Shown: in pieces, positions 1 through 8,293 of the stretch
Layout: each line of letters opens with the position of its first letter
Numbering within the stretch: the first letter of the stretch is position 1
Source of the DNA: a virus
Taxonomy: Duplodnaviria > Caudoviricetes
Virus record (IMG/VR): IMGVR_UViG_3300028833_000092
Span: 1 to 64,000 of that record
DNA: 64,000 nt
Reading direction: 5' to 3' (one strand)
The notes under the pieces: model-generated
The model's database searches: none
What the model saw: only the letters and a program-made list of their open reading frames with translations
Told to the model about the DNA's origin: nothing
Made by a program: the position numbers and the translations under genes

Positions 1-105
1 ACAGATGAATACCCTTTCTGTCAAGCACCATCGGAAGAAGAAAAACCAGAATATTAAAAAGGAGGTAAAAATAAATGAATAATTTAATCCGGAAAATATA
101 GTCTT

Positions 106-291
106 TTGTTTAATTATATAGGAGAATTAATAATGATTACTTTTGAGTTGACATTAATTATAATATTAATAATAGAAACATTGTTAATTTTTGGTTTTTC
201 TACATTTTATATAACTGGACTTTTATATTTTAATTGGAAATCAGAAAAAGAAAATAAAAATCAAAAGGAGAAAAATCATGAAAAAATTTAA
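106..291 (+). CDS. small membrane protein, hypothetical (start uncertain, possibly ATG 133)
   Basis: Hydrophobic stretch followed by basic tail; AGGAGA upstream of ATG 133. Confidence 0.5.
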   Translation: MFNYIGELIMITFELTLIIILIIETLLIFGFSTFYITGLLYFNWKSEKENKNQKEKNHEKI

Positions 292-640
292 TTCAATTGA
301 AGAAGCAAAAGAATATGGCAGAAATAATAAACTTTTTGATTTATTTGATGATGATACATATTTAGGACTTAGTGCTTTAAGGACATATGCAAAAAATGAA
401 AAGCAAAATATAATACTATGCGAAACTTGTAAAGAATATGAAGATAATTTATGGAGTGATGCATATAAATTATCTAATAAATTTTATGATATCTTTGCTT
501 CAAAAGATTTGGATCATTTAGATTATCAACTTTTGTCAAATAGTTTAACAGACCTTGCCAGTGAAATACGAGATTTAATAATAAAAAAATTTGAAGAAGA
601 TACTAAGTTAAAATTTGTTAATGTATACGATGAATTTTAA
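278..640 (+). CDS. hypothetical phage protein
   Basis: 120 aa ORF with AAGGAG RBS. Confidence 0.7.
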   Translation: MKKFNSIEEAKEYGRNNKLFDLFDDDTYLGLSALRTYAKNEKQNIILCETCKEYEDNLWSDAYKLSNKFYDIFASKDLDHLDYQLLSNSLTDLASEIRDLIIKKFEEDTKLKFVNVYDEF

Positions 641-670
641 TTGACAAAACAACAAAAGTTATAGTAATGT
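641..670 (+). promoter_or_regulatory. putative sigma-A promoter
   Basis: TTGACA-N18-TAATGT in intergenic gap. Confidence 0.45.
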
Positions 671-694
671 TGTAATAGAAAGGATGGTGAGCAT

Positions 695-1129
695 GTGGAA
701 TATAAATATGGGAAAATTGATATCGAAAACAATAAATATGAAATTAAAAAATATTCATTTGAAGAAAAATTAAAAATAATTATTGATATAATGGATGAAT
801 ATTTTGATTATTGGTATGAATATAAAGATGATAAATTTCATTTTGTAGACAGAGTTTATAAACATTGGAAATATTTAAAAATGCCACATTGGTTTGATAT
901 TGAAAAATGTAAAAAATGTAAAATATTATATACTGAAAAAATAAACGATAATTATTGCAAAAATGATTGTTGTGATTTTATAATGAAATCAAGATTAATT
1001 GATAATACTTATGAATTATTTTTCGACAATCTCATAGATATTATTAATTGGATAATTGATAATAGTTGTAAAGAAAAATCATATTATAATTTATTAAAAT
1101 CTTTTATAGAGGAAAATAATCATGAATAA
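695..1129 (+). CDS. hypothetical protein with Cys cluster
   Basis: ORF track; CKKC and CKNDCC. Confidence 0.65.
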   Translation: MEYKYGKIDIENNKYEIKKYSFEEKLKIIIDIMDEYFDYWYEYKDDKFHFVDRVYKHWKYLKMPHWFDIEKCKKCKILYTEKINDNYCKNDCCDFIMKSRLIDNTYELFFDNLIDIINWIIDNSCKEKSYYNLLKSFIEENNHE

Positions 1130-1346
1130 AGAAAGAAGAAAGAAATTAAAAAATATTACAATTGAATTAAAGAACGTTAATGAGAAATTAAACATGTTAT
1201 TAGACGAAGAAAATTATTCTTTTGATAACATGCCAGAAAATCTTCAAGGAAGTTTTAACGGAATTGATTCTGAAAATGCAATTGAAATAATGGAAGAAAG
1301 TATAGAAAAAATTAAAGGAATAATTGATGATCTCACGGTAATTTAA
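1122..1346 (+). CDS. hypothetical coiled-coil phage protein
   Basis: Overlaps previous stop; GAGG RBS. Confidence 0.7.
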   Translation: MNKERRKKLKNITIELKNVNEKLNMLLDEENYSFDNMPENLQGSFNGIDSENAIEIMEESIEKIKGIIDDLTVI

Positions 1347-1371
1347 TTAATTTAAAAGGAGGGAAATAATT

Positions 1372-2172
1372 ATGTTGGGCATATTTTTGTTGTTAACTAA
1401 TTGGATAACTTATGCTACCGAAAATATAAAAAATAATATTAATAATAATATTAAAATAGAAAATGCTAAAAATTCAAATAGCATAATTTATACTGATGTA
1501 TCCGGGAAAAGAAGATTAGTTTCAAATAATCATGTAGTTATTTTTAATGGAAATAAAACAATAGATGCCGAAACAAATAAAATTATTTTTGATCCAGATG
1601 TTGAAAAAATTAAAAAATCTATTGATGATAATAAAAAATTAAAAGAAAAATTTTTAATATTAGATAAAAATAAAATAATAAATGCAAAAAATAATAATAA
1701 ATTGTGGGTTAAAACATTAAATATTGATAATTGGCAAATGAGAGGTGAGATATCATTAAAAGATCAATTAAAGCATTATTATGTTAGAGTAAAAGATGGA
1801 TTAATGTGCAGAGTTGAAATCAAAAATATCATTTATTTATATGATAAATATGGTTATATTTATGATTTAGATATTATTAATTATCACAATTGTCTTATGT
1901 CAATTGAAGAACAATTAAGATTTAATGACTATAACACATATATAAATATTGATAAACGTAAAAAATACAAGGAAACAAAATTACCTGAAGTTCTTTATGA
2001 AAAATATATAGAAATGGTAAAACACAATAAAGAAATATATGATTTATTAAAAGACGATAATTATATTTCTAAATATAATGTTTCACTTAATATTATTTCA
2101 TTTGAAGAATATAAAATTATTTATGATTCAATTGAAAAATTATATAAAAACACATATTCTTTAATAGATTAA
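1372..2172 (+). CDS. hypothetical protein, hydrophobic N-terminus
   Basis: 266 aa ORF with AAGGAGG RBS. Confidence 0.7.
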   Translation: MLGIFLLLTNWITYATENIKNNINNNIKIENAKNSNSIIYTDVSGKRRLVSNNHVVIFNGNKTIDAETNKIIFDPDVEKIKKSIDDNKKLKEKFLILDKNKIINAKNNNKLWVKTLNIDNWQMRGEISLKDQLKHYYVRVKDGLMCRVEIKNIIYLYDKYGYIYDLDIINYHNCLMSIEEQLRFNDYNTYINIDKRKKYKETKLPEVLYEKYIEMVKHNKEIYDLLKDDNYISKYNVSLNIISFEEYKIIYDSIEKLYKNTYSLID

Positions 2173-2188
2173 AGGAGAAAAATAAATT

Positions 2189-3208
2189 ATGGCAAATAGA
2201 ATAGAAAACGAATTAAAAATCGAACAACTTATTCTTAATAATTTAAAAGAACTTCCAGACTATGTTTCATCTTGGTATAGTAATCTTAAAGCATCTAGAA
2301 AAACAATGTCATCTTGCAATGATTTTGTAAATAAAATCAGAAATTATTTAAAAAGCATAAATACAGATACAAAAAATATAACAATTGATCAACTTACAAT
2401 TTCCTCAATTGAAAAGTATTTTATATCTATACAAACAAAAAAAGATAATGAGGGAAATATTGTATATACTTCAGATTCTTATCAACAAGGTATATGGTGT
2501 GCTTTAAATAACTTTTTTAAATATCTTTATTTGAGAAAACTGATTTCTGAAAATTATGTTGAATCAATTGCAAAACCTAAAAATCACGATTTGGAAAGAA
2601 TCAACGAACATAGAATTCGATTAACTCAAAAGGATTTTAATAAAATTCTTAAAGCTGTTGATTCTGGAACTGGAACAGATCGTTCAAAAAGTTATCAATC
2701 TAAATTTAAATCAAGAGATAAGGCAATCATATATCTTTTCATGACTACTGGAATGAGAAGAACAGCACTGACTGAAATTAGTCTTGAAGATTTAAATCTT
2801 AATGAAAAAGTTTTGTATGTTATAGATAAAGGAAATAAAAGACATACATATAGTTTAAATGAACCACTTGTTAACCTTTTAAATCAGTGGTTAAAGGATC
2901 GATATGATTTGTTCGGAGATAATATTAAAGGAAATTATCTGTTTGTTTCAAATCGTGGTCAAAAAATGGATTCATCTTCCGTATATTATTTGGTTGAAAA
3001 GTATTCAGAAGAAGGTTTAGGATATGGAATTAGTCCACATAAATTACGAGCCGGATTTTGTTCGATACTTTACGATAAGACAAAAGATGTTGAATTTGTA
3101 AGACGAGCAGTTGGTCATAGTAATATTGCAACAACACAGAGATATATTGTAACTGATAATAAGGAAAGACAAAAGGCTTCTGAAATAATGAGCGTTTTAT
3201 CAATTTAA
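2189..3208 (+). CDS. tyrosine recombinase / integrase (XerC/D-like)
   Basis: RDKAI..TGMRR, K(GNK), HKLR, VGHSNIATTQRY catalytic motifs. Confidence 0.95.
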   Translation: MANRIENELKIEQLILNNLKELPDYVSSWYSNLKASRKTMSSCNDFVNKIRNYLKSINTDTKNITIDQLTISSIEKYFISIQTKKDNEGNIVYTSDSYQQGIWCALNNFFKYLYLRKLISENYVESIAKPKNHDLERINEHRIRLTQKDFNKILKAVDSGTGTDRSKSYQSKFKSRDKAIIYLFMTTGMRRTALTEISLEDLNLNEKVLYVIDKGNKRHTYSLNEPLVNLLNQWLKDRYDLFGDNIKGNYLFVSNRGQKMDSSSVYYLVEKYSEEGLGYGISPHKLRAGFCSILYDKTKDVEFVRRAVGHSNIATTQRYIVTDNKERQKASEIMSVLSI

Positions 3209-3218
3209 GGAGATAATA

Positions 3219-3776
3219 ATGAAAAATATTAAAAGAGTATGGGAATATCATTCTACTGATGATGTAAATTTTTATAAATATATATTTCCAGAAAATAAAA
3301 ATATAACATTAAAAGATTTTATTAATTATTTTTCCGAATTAAACTTTCATCGTAGTGGAGATGAAATTCGAATATACGATGAAGATACACTGTGGTGGGA
3401 TAAACCAATTATGAATTTATATTATGATAATAAAGAACAATTGAATTTAGATTTATTTAAATTAAATAAATCTAAAAAAATAACAGTGTTAAAAGTATAT
3501 GAAAATATGCATGCTGGAGGATGTTCAACTTGGATATGGATTAAAATAAAGAATAAAAAAATATTAAAATCTAAAATAGGATATTGTAAAGATTGTGATT
3601 ATTTTGAATATGATGGTTCTAAAAGAGCCGACGGTGTATTATCTGGAATTTGTAAATATATGAATATGGATTCTCCACGATTCGAAGATTCTCATTGTTC
3701 TAAATTTAGTAATTATTATTCAGAATTAAAAAGAAAAACTGAACAAAAACAAAGTAAAAAAAGAGGAAAAAGATAA
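3219..3776 (+). CDS. hypothetical protein with C-terminal Cys-rich motif
   Basis: CKDC..C..C; AAGGAG RBS. Confidence 0.65.
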   Translation: MKNIKRVWEYHSTDDVNFYKYIFPENKNITLKDFINYFSELNFHRSGDEIRIYDEDTLWWDKPIMNLYYDNKEQLNLDLFKLNKSKKITVLKVYENMHAGGCSTWIWIKIKNKKILKSKIGYCKDCDYFEYDGSKRADGVLSGICKYMNMDSPRFEDSHCSKFSNYYSELKRKTEQKQSKKRGKR

Positions 3777-4297
3777 TGAAAAAAATATTAGTAGTTGTTG
3801 ATATGCAAAATGATTTTATAACTGGATCATTGGGAACAAAAGAAGCACAAGCCATAGTAAAACCTATTGCAAAATTGGTGGACAACTTTAAAGGAGATAT
3901 ATTATTTACGCAAGATACTCATTATGATAATTATCTTTCTACTCAAGAAGGTAAAAATTTGCCTGTCATTCATTGTATAAAAGATACTGAAGGATGGGAA
4001 ATAGTTCCAGAAATTAATACCATTGATAAAGTTTGTTTTTCGAAGTCTTCTTTTGGTTGTCCAGAACTCTCAAATTGGATTTTTTATGAACGAAAAAAAA
4101 TGTATAAAAAATTAGATGAAATTATTTTATGTGGAGTATGCACTGGAATATGTGTAATTGCTAATGCAGTTCTTCTTAAAACAGTTTTCCCAGAAATTAA
4201 AATTACTGTTTTAAAAGATTATTGTGCTTGTGTTACACCAGAATCACATAAAAATGCACTTGAAGCAATGAAGTTATTACAAATAAATATTGAATAA
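3776..4297 (+). CDS. pncA: nicotinamidase / isochorismatase-family cysteine hydrolase
   Basis: VVDMQNDF, DTH, HC, K-S-S-F, GVCTGICV motifs. Confidence 0.85.
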   Translation: MKKILVVVDMQNDFITGSLGTKEAQAIVKPIAKLVDNFKGDILFTQDTHYDNYLSTQEGKNLPVIHCIKDTEGWEIVPEINTIDKVCFSKSSFGCPELSNWIFYERKKMYKKLDEIILCGVCTGICVIANAVLLKTVFPEIKITVLKDYCACVTPESHKNALEAMKLLQINIE

Positions 4298-4316
4298 TTT
4301 GTAAAAGGTAAGTAAA

Positions 4317-4544
4317 ATGAATAAAAAATTAATTGTTATGTCACCAACTATTAATATAGCAACCAATGAGTGGAGAGATTTTTTATCTAGATGGTCAATG
4401 ATAATAAAAAAAGCGAATAGAACAAGTTTATGTATAGAATTATTAAGTGGTTATAAAATATATTTCAGAGCAGAAACAGAAGGACAAAGAGCATTATTGG
4501 GAATTCGTGCAGATATTATTGAAGCAGATGAATTATATTCATAA
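4317..4544 (+). CDS. hypothetical protein
   Basis: ORF track, AAGG RBS. Confidence 0.6.
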   Translation: MNKKLIVMSPTINIATNEWRDFLSRWSMIIKKANRTSLCIELLSGYKIYFRAETEGQRALLGIRADIIEADELYS

Positions 4545-4568
4545 ATAAAGAAAAAATATGAATAACTA

Positions 4569-4597
4569 TTGACAATAATTAAATATAGTGATATTAT
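4569..4597 (+). promoter_or_regulatory. sigma-A promoter for the Tyr-rich/rSAM operon
   Basis: TTGACA-N17-TATTAT with extended -10 TG. Confidence 0.75.
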
Positions 4598-4633
4598 CAT
4601 AATGGAAATTACGAAAGGAGATTAATATGAAAA

Positions 4634-4834
4634 GTGGATAAAGTCAAAATATACTGTAGTTGTGCTAAATGTAAGAAAATATTCGATTTCAACAATGCCG
4701 GGATTGTAGATCGATTATTATATAACATTTCAAAAAAAGAAAAGGTTTGCCCTTTTTGTGGAACATATGGATTTACAAGGATTAAAGATTTGAAATGGTT
4801 TGAAAGATATTTAATTCAAACAGAAAAAAATTAA
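4634..4834 (+). CDS. small zinc-ribbon protein
   Basis: CAKC ... CPFCG; the RBS-proximal ATG 4627 is out of frame by one base. Confidence 0.6.
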   Translation: MDKVKIYCSCAKCKKIFDFNNAGIVDRLLYNISKKEKVCPFCGTYGFTRIKDLKWFERYLIQTEKN

Positions 4835-4846
4835 AGGAGAAACAAT

Positions 4847-5527
4847 ATGAAAAGAGATTTCACTTTTAAGGCTTCTCCGGCATTTAAATCAACATCAAGT
4901 TTAAATCCAATAAAAAGATATGCTACATATGTTCAATATTATGTAAATGGATATTATAAAGATTCATACACTTATAATAGTACTTATTCATATAATTATC
5001 CTATAGATTATTCTTATATAAGTAGTTATTACAGTTACATTACTGGAACATATACAACGTATGCGAGTGCATATGTACCATCTCAAGGATATTCTTATCA
5101 AGAATATGTAACATATGGTGTAACAGATTATGCTCAAAATACTGGATACGGAACAACTACTGGATATCGTTCATATGTTTATTATGGATATAATACAGTT
5201 TCATATAAATATGGTTATCATAATACACAAACTGGTTATTATTATGTAAGATATCAAGGAACTGGTTATCAAAGTTTTCCTGTATCATATTCATATACGT
5301 ATACATCTGCTTATACATATTATAAGACGTATAATTACACTAGAAATGTTACTACACAATATGCATATACTTATCGTTATAAGAGTGGTTCTTATAGTAC
5401 TTATGCATATGGAACAAATTACACGAGTGGAACGACATATGGAACTACTTCATATACCACTCAATATACATATTATAGATATTATCCGACATACGGACAA
5501 TATAATGTTTATTATATAGTAGATTAA
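4847..5527 (+). CDS. tyrosine/threonine/serine/glycine-rich protein (candidate precursor or fibrous protein)
   Basis: AAGGAG RBS; about 65 Tyr in 226 aa by hand count; Tyr-free basic 24-aa leader. Confidence 0.85.
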   Translation: MKRDFTFKASPAFKSTSSLNPIKRYATYVQYYVNGYYKDSYTYNSTYSYNYPIDYSYISSYYSYITGTYTTYASAYVPSQGYSYQEYVTYGVTDYAQNTGYGTTTGYRSYVYYGYNTVSYKYGYHNTQTGYYYVRYQGTGYQSFPVSYSYTYTSAYTYYKTYNYTRNVTTQYAYTYRYKSGSYSTYAYGTNYTSGTTYGTTSYTTQYTYYRYYPTYGQYNVYYIVD

Positions 5528-5533
5528 AAAAAG

Positions 5534-5669
5534 CAACATAGTGGCGGAAAAGTGTAGACGCTAAAAGAGGTATGCGCAAAGCCAAAGGCTCGTCGTGCTT
5601 AATATCCTCTCACGTCGGAGGATACATACCATGTAAGGTGACAGAAATTCAAATCCTTACCTATGTTGA
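5534..5669 (+). ncRNA. tRNA-like RNA lacking an anticodon arm
   Basis: CAACATAG/CTATGTTG acceptor-like stem; TGGCGGAA..GTAGACGC D-arm; GGTATG/CATACC branched arm; GTAAGG/CCTTAC stem with TTCAAAT. Confidence 0.7.
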
Positions 5670-5699
5670 TTTTTATAAATGATTAAAAGGAGATTTAAA

Positions 5700-6656
5700 A
5701 TGGCGAATATAGCGATTACAAATATTTGCAATCTTAAATGCGAATATTGTTTTGCAGACGATATGATACACGAACCTTCAAGTTCTATATCATTGGAAGA
5801 TTTTATTAAAATACTACAATTCACATCAAGAACACCGAAAAACCATATAGGTATAATAGGTGGAGAACCCACATTACATCCTGAATTTGATAAAATAATA
5901 AAGGAAATAAATATATATTGTAGAGAAAACAATACTGGTGCAACGCTTTTTACAAACGGCATTGAACTTGAAAAATATTTACCAATGTTATGTGAAAGAA
6001 TAGGAATGTTGATTAATTGTAATTCGCCAGATAAGATGTCTATTGATCAATATAAGAAGTTGTCTAGTACGTTAGATAAAATTAATGAACTGTGTATGTT
6101 CGATACAAGATGTACTTGTGGTTGTAATGTGTATTTAGGTTGTGATAATTATTATTGGATTTGGGAAATAGTTGATAAATATCATCTGCCTCATATAAGA
6201 TGTTCGGTAGTATCTCCCGGTGGTTGCTACCGAAATATGAGGTCTGATAAAGAATTATATTATAATATGATGAAACCCATCTTTCTTAATTTCTGTACTC
6301 AAGCAAAAGACCATAATTGTAAATTACATATGGACTGTGGAAAAATTCCGTTATGTTACTTTGATCAATTTGAAAAAGAAATTGTATTAGCAGCATGTGA
6401 TAATTATATGGAATCATATTTTTGTCATCCAGTTGTTGATATTACTCAAGGATTTAGAGCAACTGCATGTTTTGGATGTTATGATCCAGTTGATATAAGA
6501 GATTTTAACACAGTTGATGAACTTGAAGATTATCTTTTCATAAGAAAAAACATTCCAAGATATGAGACAAATTGTACTGGCAAATGTACTACTTGCAAAA
6601 AGCATGAATTATTCCAGTGTCAAGGTGGATGTTTAGGATTTGCGGAGGTGAATTAA
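5700..6656 (+). CDS. radical SAM protein with C-terminal SPASM-type Cys domain
   Basis: CNLKCEYC (CxxxCxxC), GGEPTLH, TNG; C-terminal C..C..CTTC..CQGGC; AAGGAG RBS before ATG 5700. Confidence 0.92.
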   Translation: MANIAITNICNLKCEYCFADDMIHEPSSSISLEDFIKILQFTSRTPKNHIGIIGGEPTLHPEFDKIIKEINIYCRENNTGATLFTNGIELEKYLPMLCERIGMLINCNSPDKMSIDQYKKLSSTLDKINELCMFDTRCTCGCNVYLGCDNYYWIWEIVDKYHLPHIRCSVVSPGGCYRNMRSDKELYYNMMKPIFLNFCTQAKDHNCKLHMDCGKIPLCYFDQFEKEIVLAACDNYMESYFCHPVVDITQGFRATACFGCYDPVDIRDFNTVDELEDYLFIRKNIPRYETNCTGKCTTCKKHELFQCQGGCLGFAEVN

Positions 6657-7273
6657 TGAAAATATTATGTATAAATTTCAACATTGTTATGTATAATTGC
6701 ATAAAATTATATGCAGATAAAGTAAACATAAATGAAAATCCTAAGTTAATTTGGGATTATCTTAATGATGTATATGAAATGGATAAACACACAAGTATTG
6801 ATGCGAGAATATTAAGTTCATTAATTGCATTGATTAAGAAAAACAAAAGTGCAAAATTTGCACCAATAATTTCTCCTCGTGCAATTGTAGAAGAAATGAA
6901 AGATAATAGTAATATAGACGTAACAAATATTAGTTTTTTCCATGATTTAGTGAATACAAAAGAAGAAATAGAAGACTGGGATAAAGATAATTATACTGAT
7001 CTTAATTGGTTAGGATATCTTATTTATAAAAATAAGGTAGAAAATTGTACTTGGGTTAAAGCACCTAATTCATTTCCTTGTGAAAATAATATTGTAGATG
7101 ATGTAAAGATTTTAAATATATATGATATTGATAAGTTGGGAAACGATTACGATATTATTTATTTTAATTTATCGCCACATTTTGTTCCTTATAAATATGA
7201 ATATATATTTAGATTATTCTGCGATTTCTTTTCAAATAACACAGAAGAGGAAAATACAAATGAATCGAAATGA
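6656..7273 (+). CDS. UPF0489/arginase-fold-like protein, apparently degenerate
   Basis: Translationally coupled to rSAM (TAATG); KILCINFN, NISFFHDL, NWLGYL, LSPHFVP resemble SIDFD / NIDxHHD / SPxWVP motifs. Confidence 0.5.
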   Translation: MKILCINFNIVMYNCIKLYADKVNINENPKLIWDYLNDVYEMDKHTSIDARILSSLIALIKKNKSAKFAPIISPRAIVEEMKDNSNIDVTNISFFHDLVNTKEEIEDWDKDNYTDLNWLGYLIYKNKVENCTWVKAPNSFPCENNIVDDVKILNIYDIDKLGNDYDIIYFNLSPHFVPYKYEYIFRLFCDFFSNNTEEENTNESK

Positions 7274-7421
7274 AAAAAAGAAACTTACATGGATTGATAA
7301 ATGGACGAAATGGTATACAAAAGGTGCTAGTAGAAGAATGAAGCGAAGTGATAAAAAAAGAAATAATCGATTCATGAGAAATTATAATAAAAAAATATGT
7401 AGGGAAAATGAAAATGATTAA
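7260..7421 (+). CDS. small highly basic protein
   Basis: GAGG RBS, ATG 7260, 53 aa K/R-rich; overlaps both neighbours. Confidence 0.6.
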   Translation: MNRNEKKKLTWIDKWTKWYTKGASRRMKRSDKKRNNRFMRNYNKKICRENEND

Positions 7422-8223
7422 TATATTAATGGCTGCTTCAGACAATATGTATGATGGGCTTGAATTGGTAATATGTTCAACTATGGCACATAATAAAAAT
7501 GTTCATTTTTATATTATGACTATGAATATTCATCTTCAAATGGTTAATGGATATGGAAATTTTCATAGATTATCTGAAGAACATATAAACGAATTAAGAA
7601 AAATAATTAAATACTATGATAAAAATTCAGATTTATCAATAATATATACAGAAGAACCTTATGTTAAAAATTTGGAAAATAATATAAACGAAAATAATAT
7701 ATTTACTCCATTTGCAAATTTAAGATTATTAGCTGATATATTGTTACCAAATATAGATCATTGTTTGTATTTTGATTGCGATATAAGCGTTCAATCTGAT
7801 TTATCAGAAATGTATGAATATTATACTAGCCAAGATTGCAATTATGCGGCTTACACAATTCCTCAAGCATGTGACTATGCAGGAGAAATGGTATCTGGAG
7901 TTTTAGTTTTAAATCTTAATAAAATAAGAGAAACAGGATTTTTAAAAAAGGCAAGAAGAAATCTTTTTGAAAATGAATATAAATTTCCAGATCAAATGGC
8001 ATTAAGAGATTCAGATACTCCTTTTCCCATGCAAGAAACATATAGTTATATGTTCGATTTAAATAAATGTCACTATACTCCGGCAATAATTCATTATACT
8101 GACGAATTATATCCAAAAGTTTATGATTGTGGAAAGAAAGTTATTTTTTATAGAAAATTTCCTTTTTTGCAATATGTTCAAGATACAGTTAATCTTTTAA
8201 AAAATATTGATATTCATTATTGA
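7408..8223 (+). CDS. glycosyltransferase family 8
   Basis: LRLL, YFDCD (DxD), SGVLVLNL, DQMAL, IIHY motifs. Confidence 0.88.
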   Translation: MKMINILMAASDNMYDGLELVICSTMAHNKNVHFYIMTMNIHLQMVNGYGNFHRLSEEHINELRKIIKYYDKNSDLSIIYTEEPYVKNLENNINENNIFTPFANLRLLADILLPNIDHCLYFDCDISVQSDLSEMYEYYTSQDCNYAAYTIPQACDYAGEMVSGVLVLNLNKIRETGFLKKARRNLFENEYKFPDQMALRDSDTPFPMQETYSYMFDLNKCHYTPAIIHYTDELYPKVYDCGKKVIFYRKFPFLQYVQDTVNLLKNIDIHY

Positions 8224-8248
8224 CTTTTAAATAAATAATGATATACTA
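8220..8248 (+). promoter_or_regulatory. sigma-A promoter of replication operon
   Basis: TTGACT-N17-TATACT with TG. Confidence 0.7.
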
Positions 8249-8293
8249 TAGTTACACAATAAAAAACAAAAGAATAAAGGGAGAGAAATAATT

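Noticed and set aside
2172-3219. att site or prophage boundary near the tyrosine recombinase
   Set aside because: The gene is tightly embedded among co-oriented phage genes, with no intergenic core repeat or host genes
5534-5669. tmRNA or tRNA-Sec
   Set aside because: Far too short for tmRNA, with no G3.U70 or tag frame; no TCA anticodon arm
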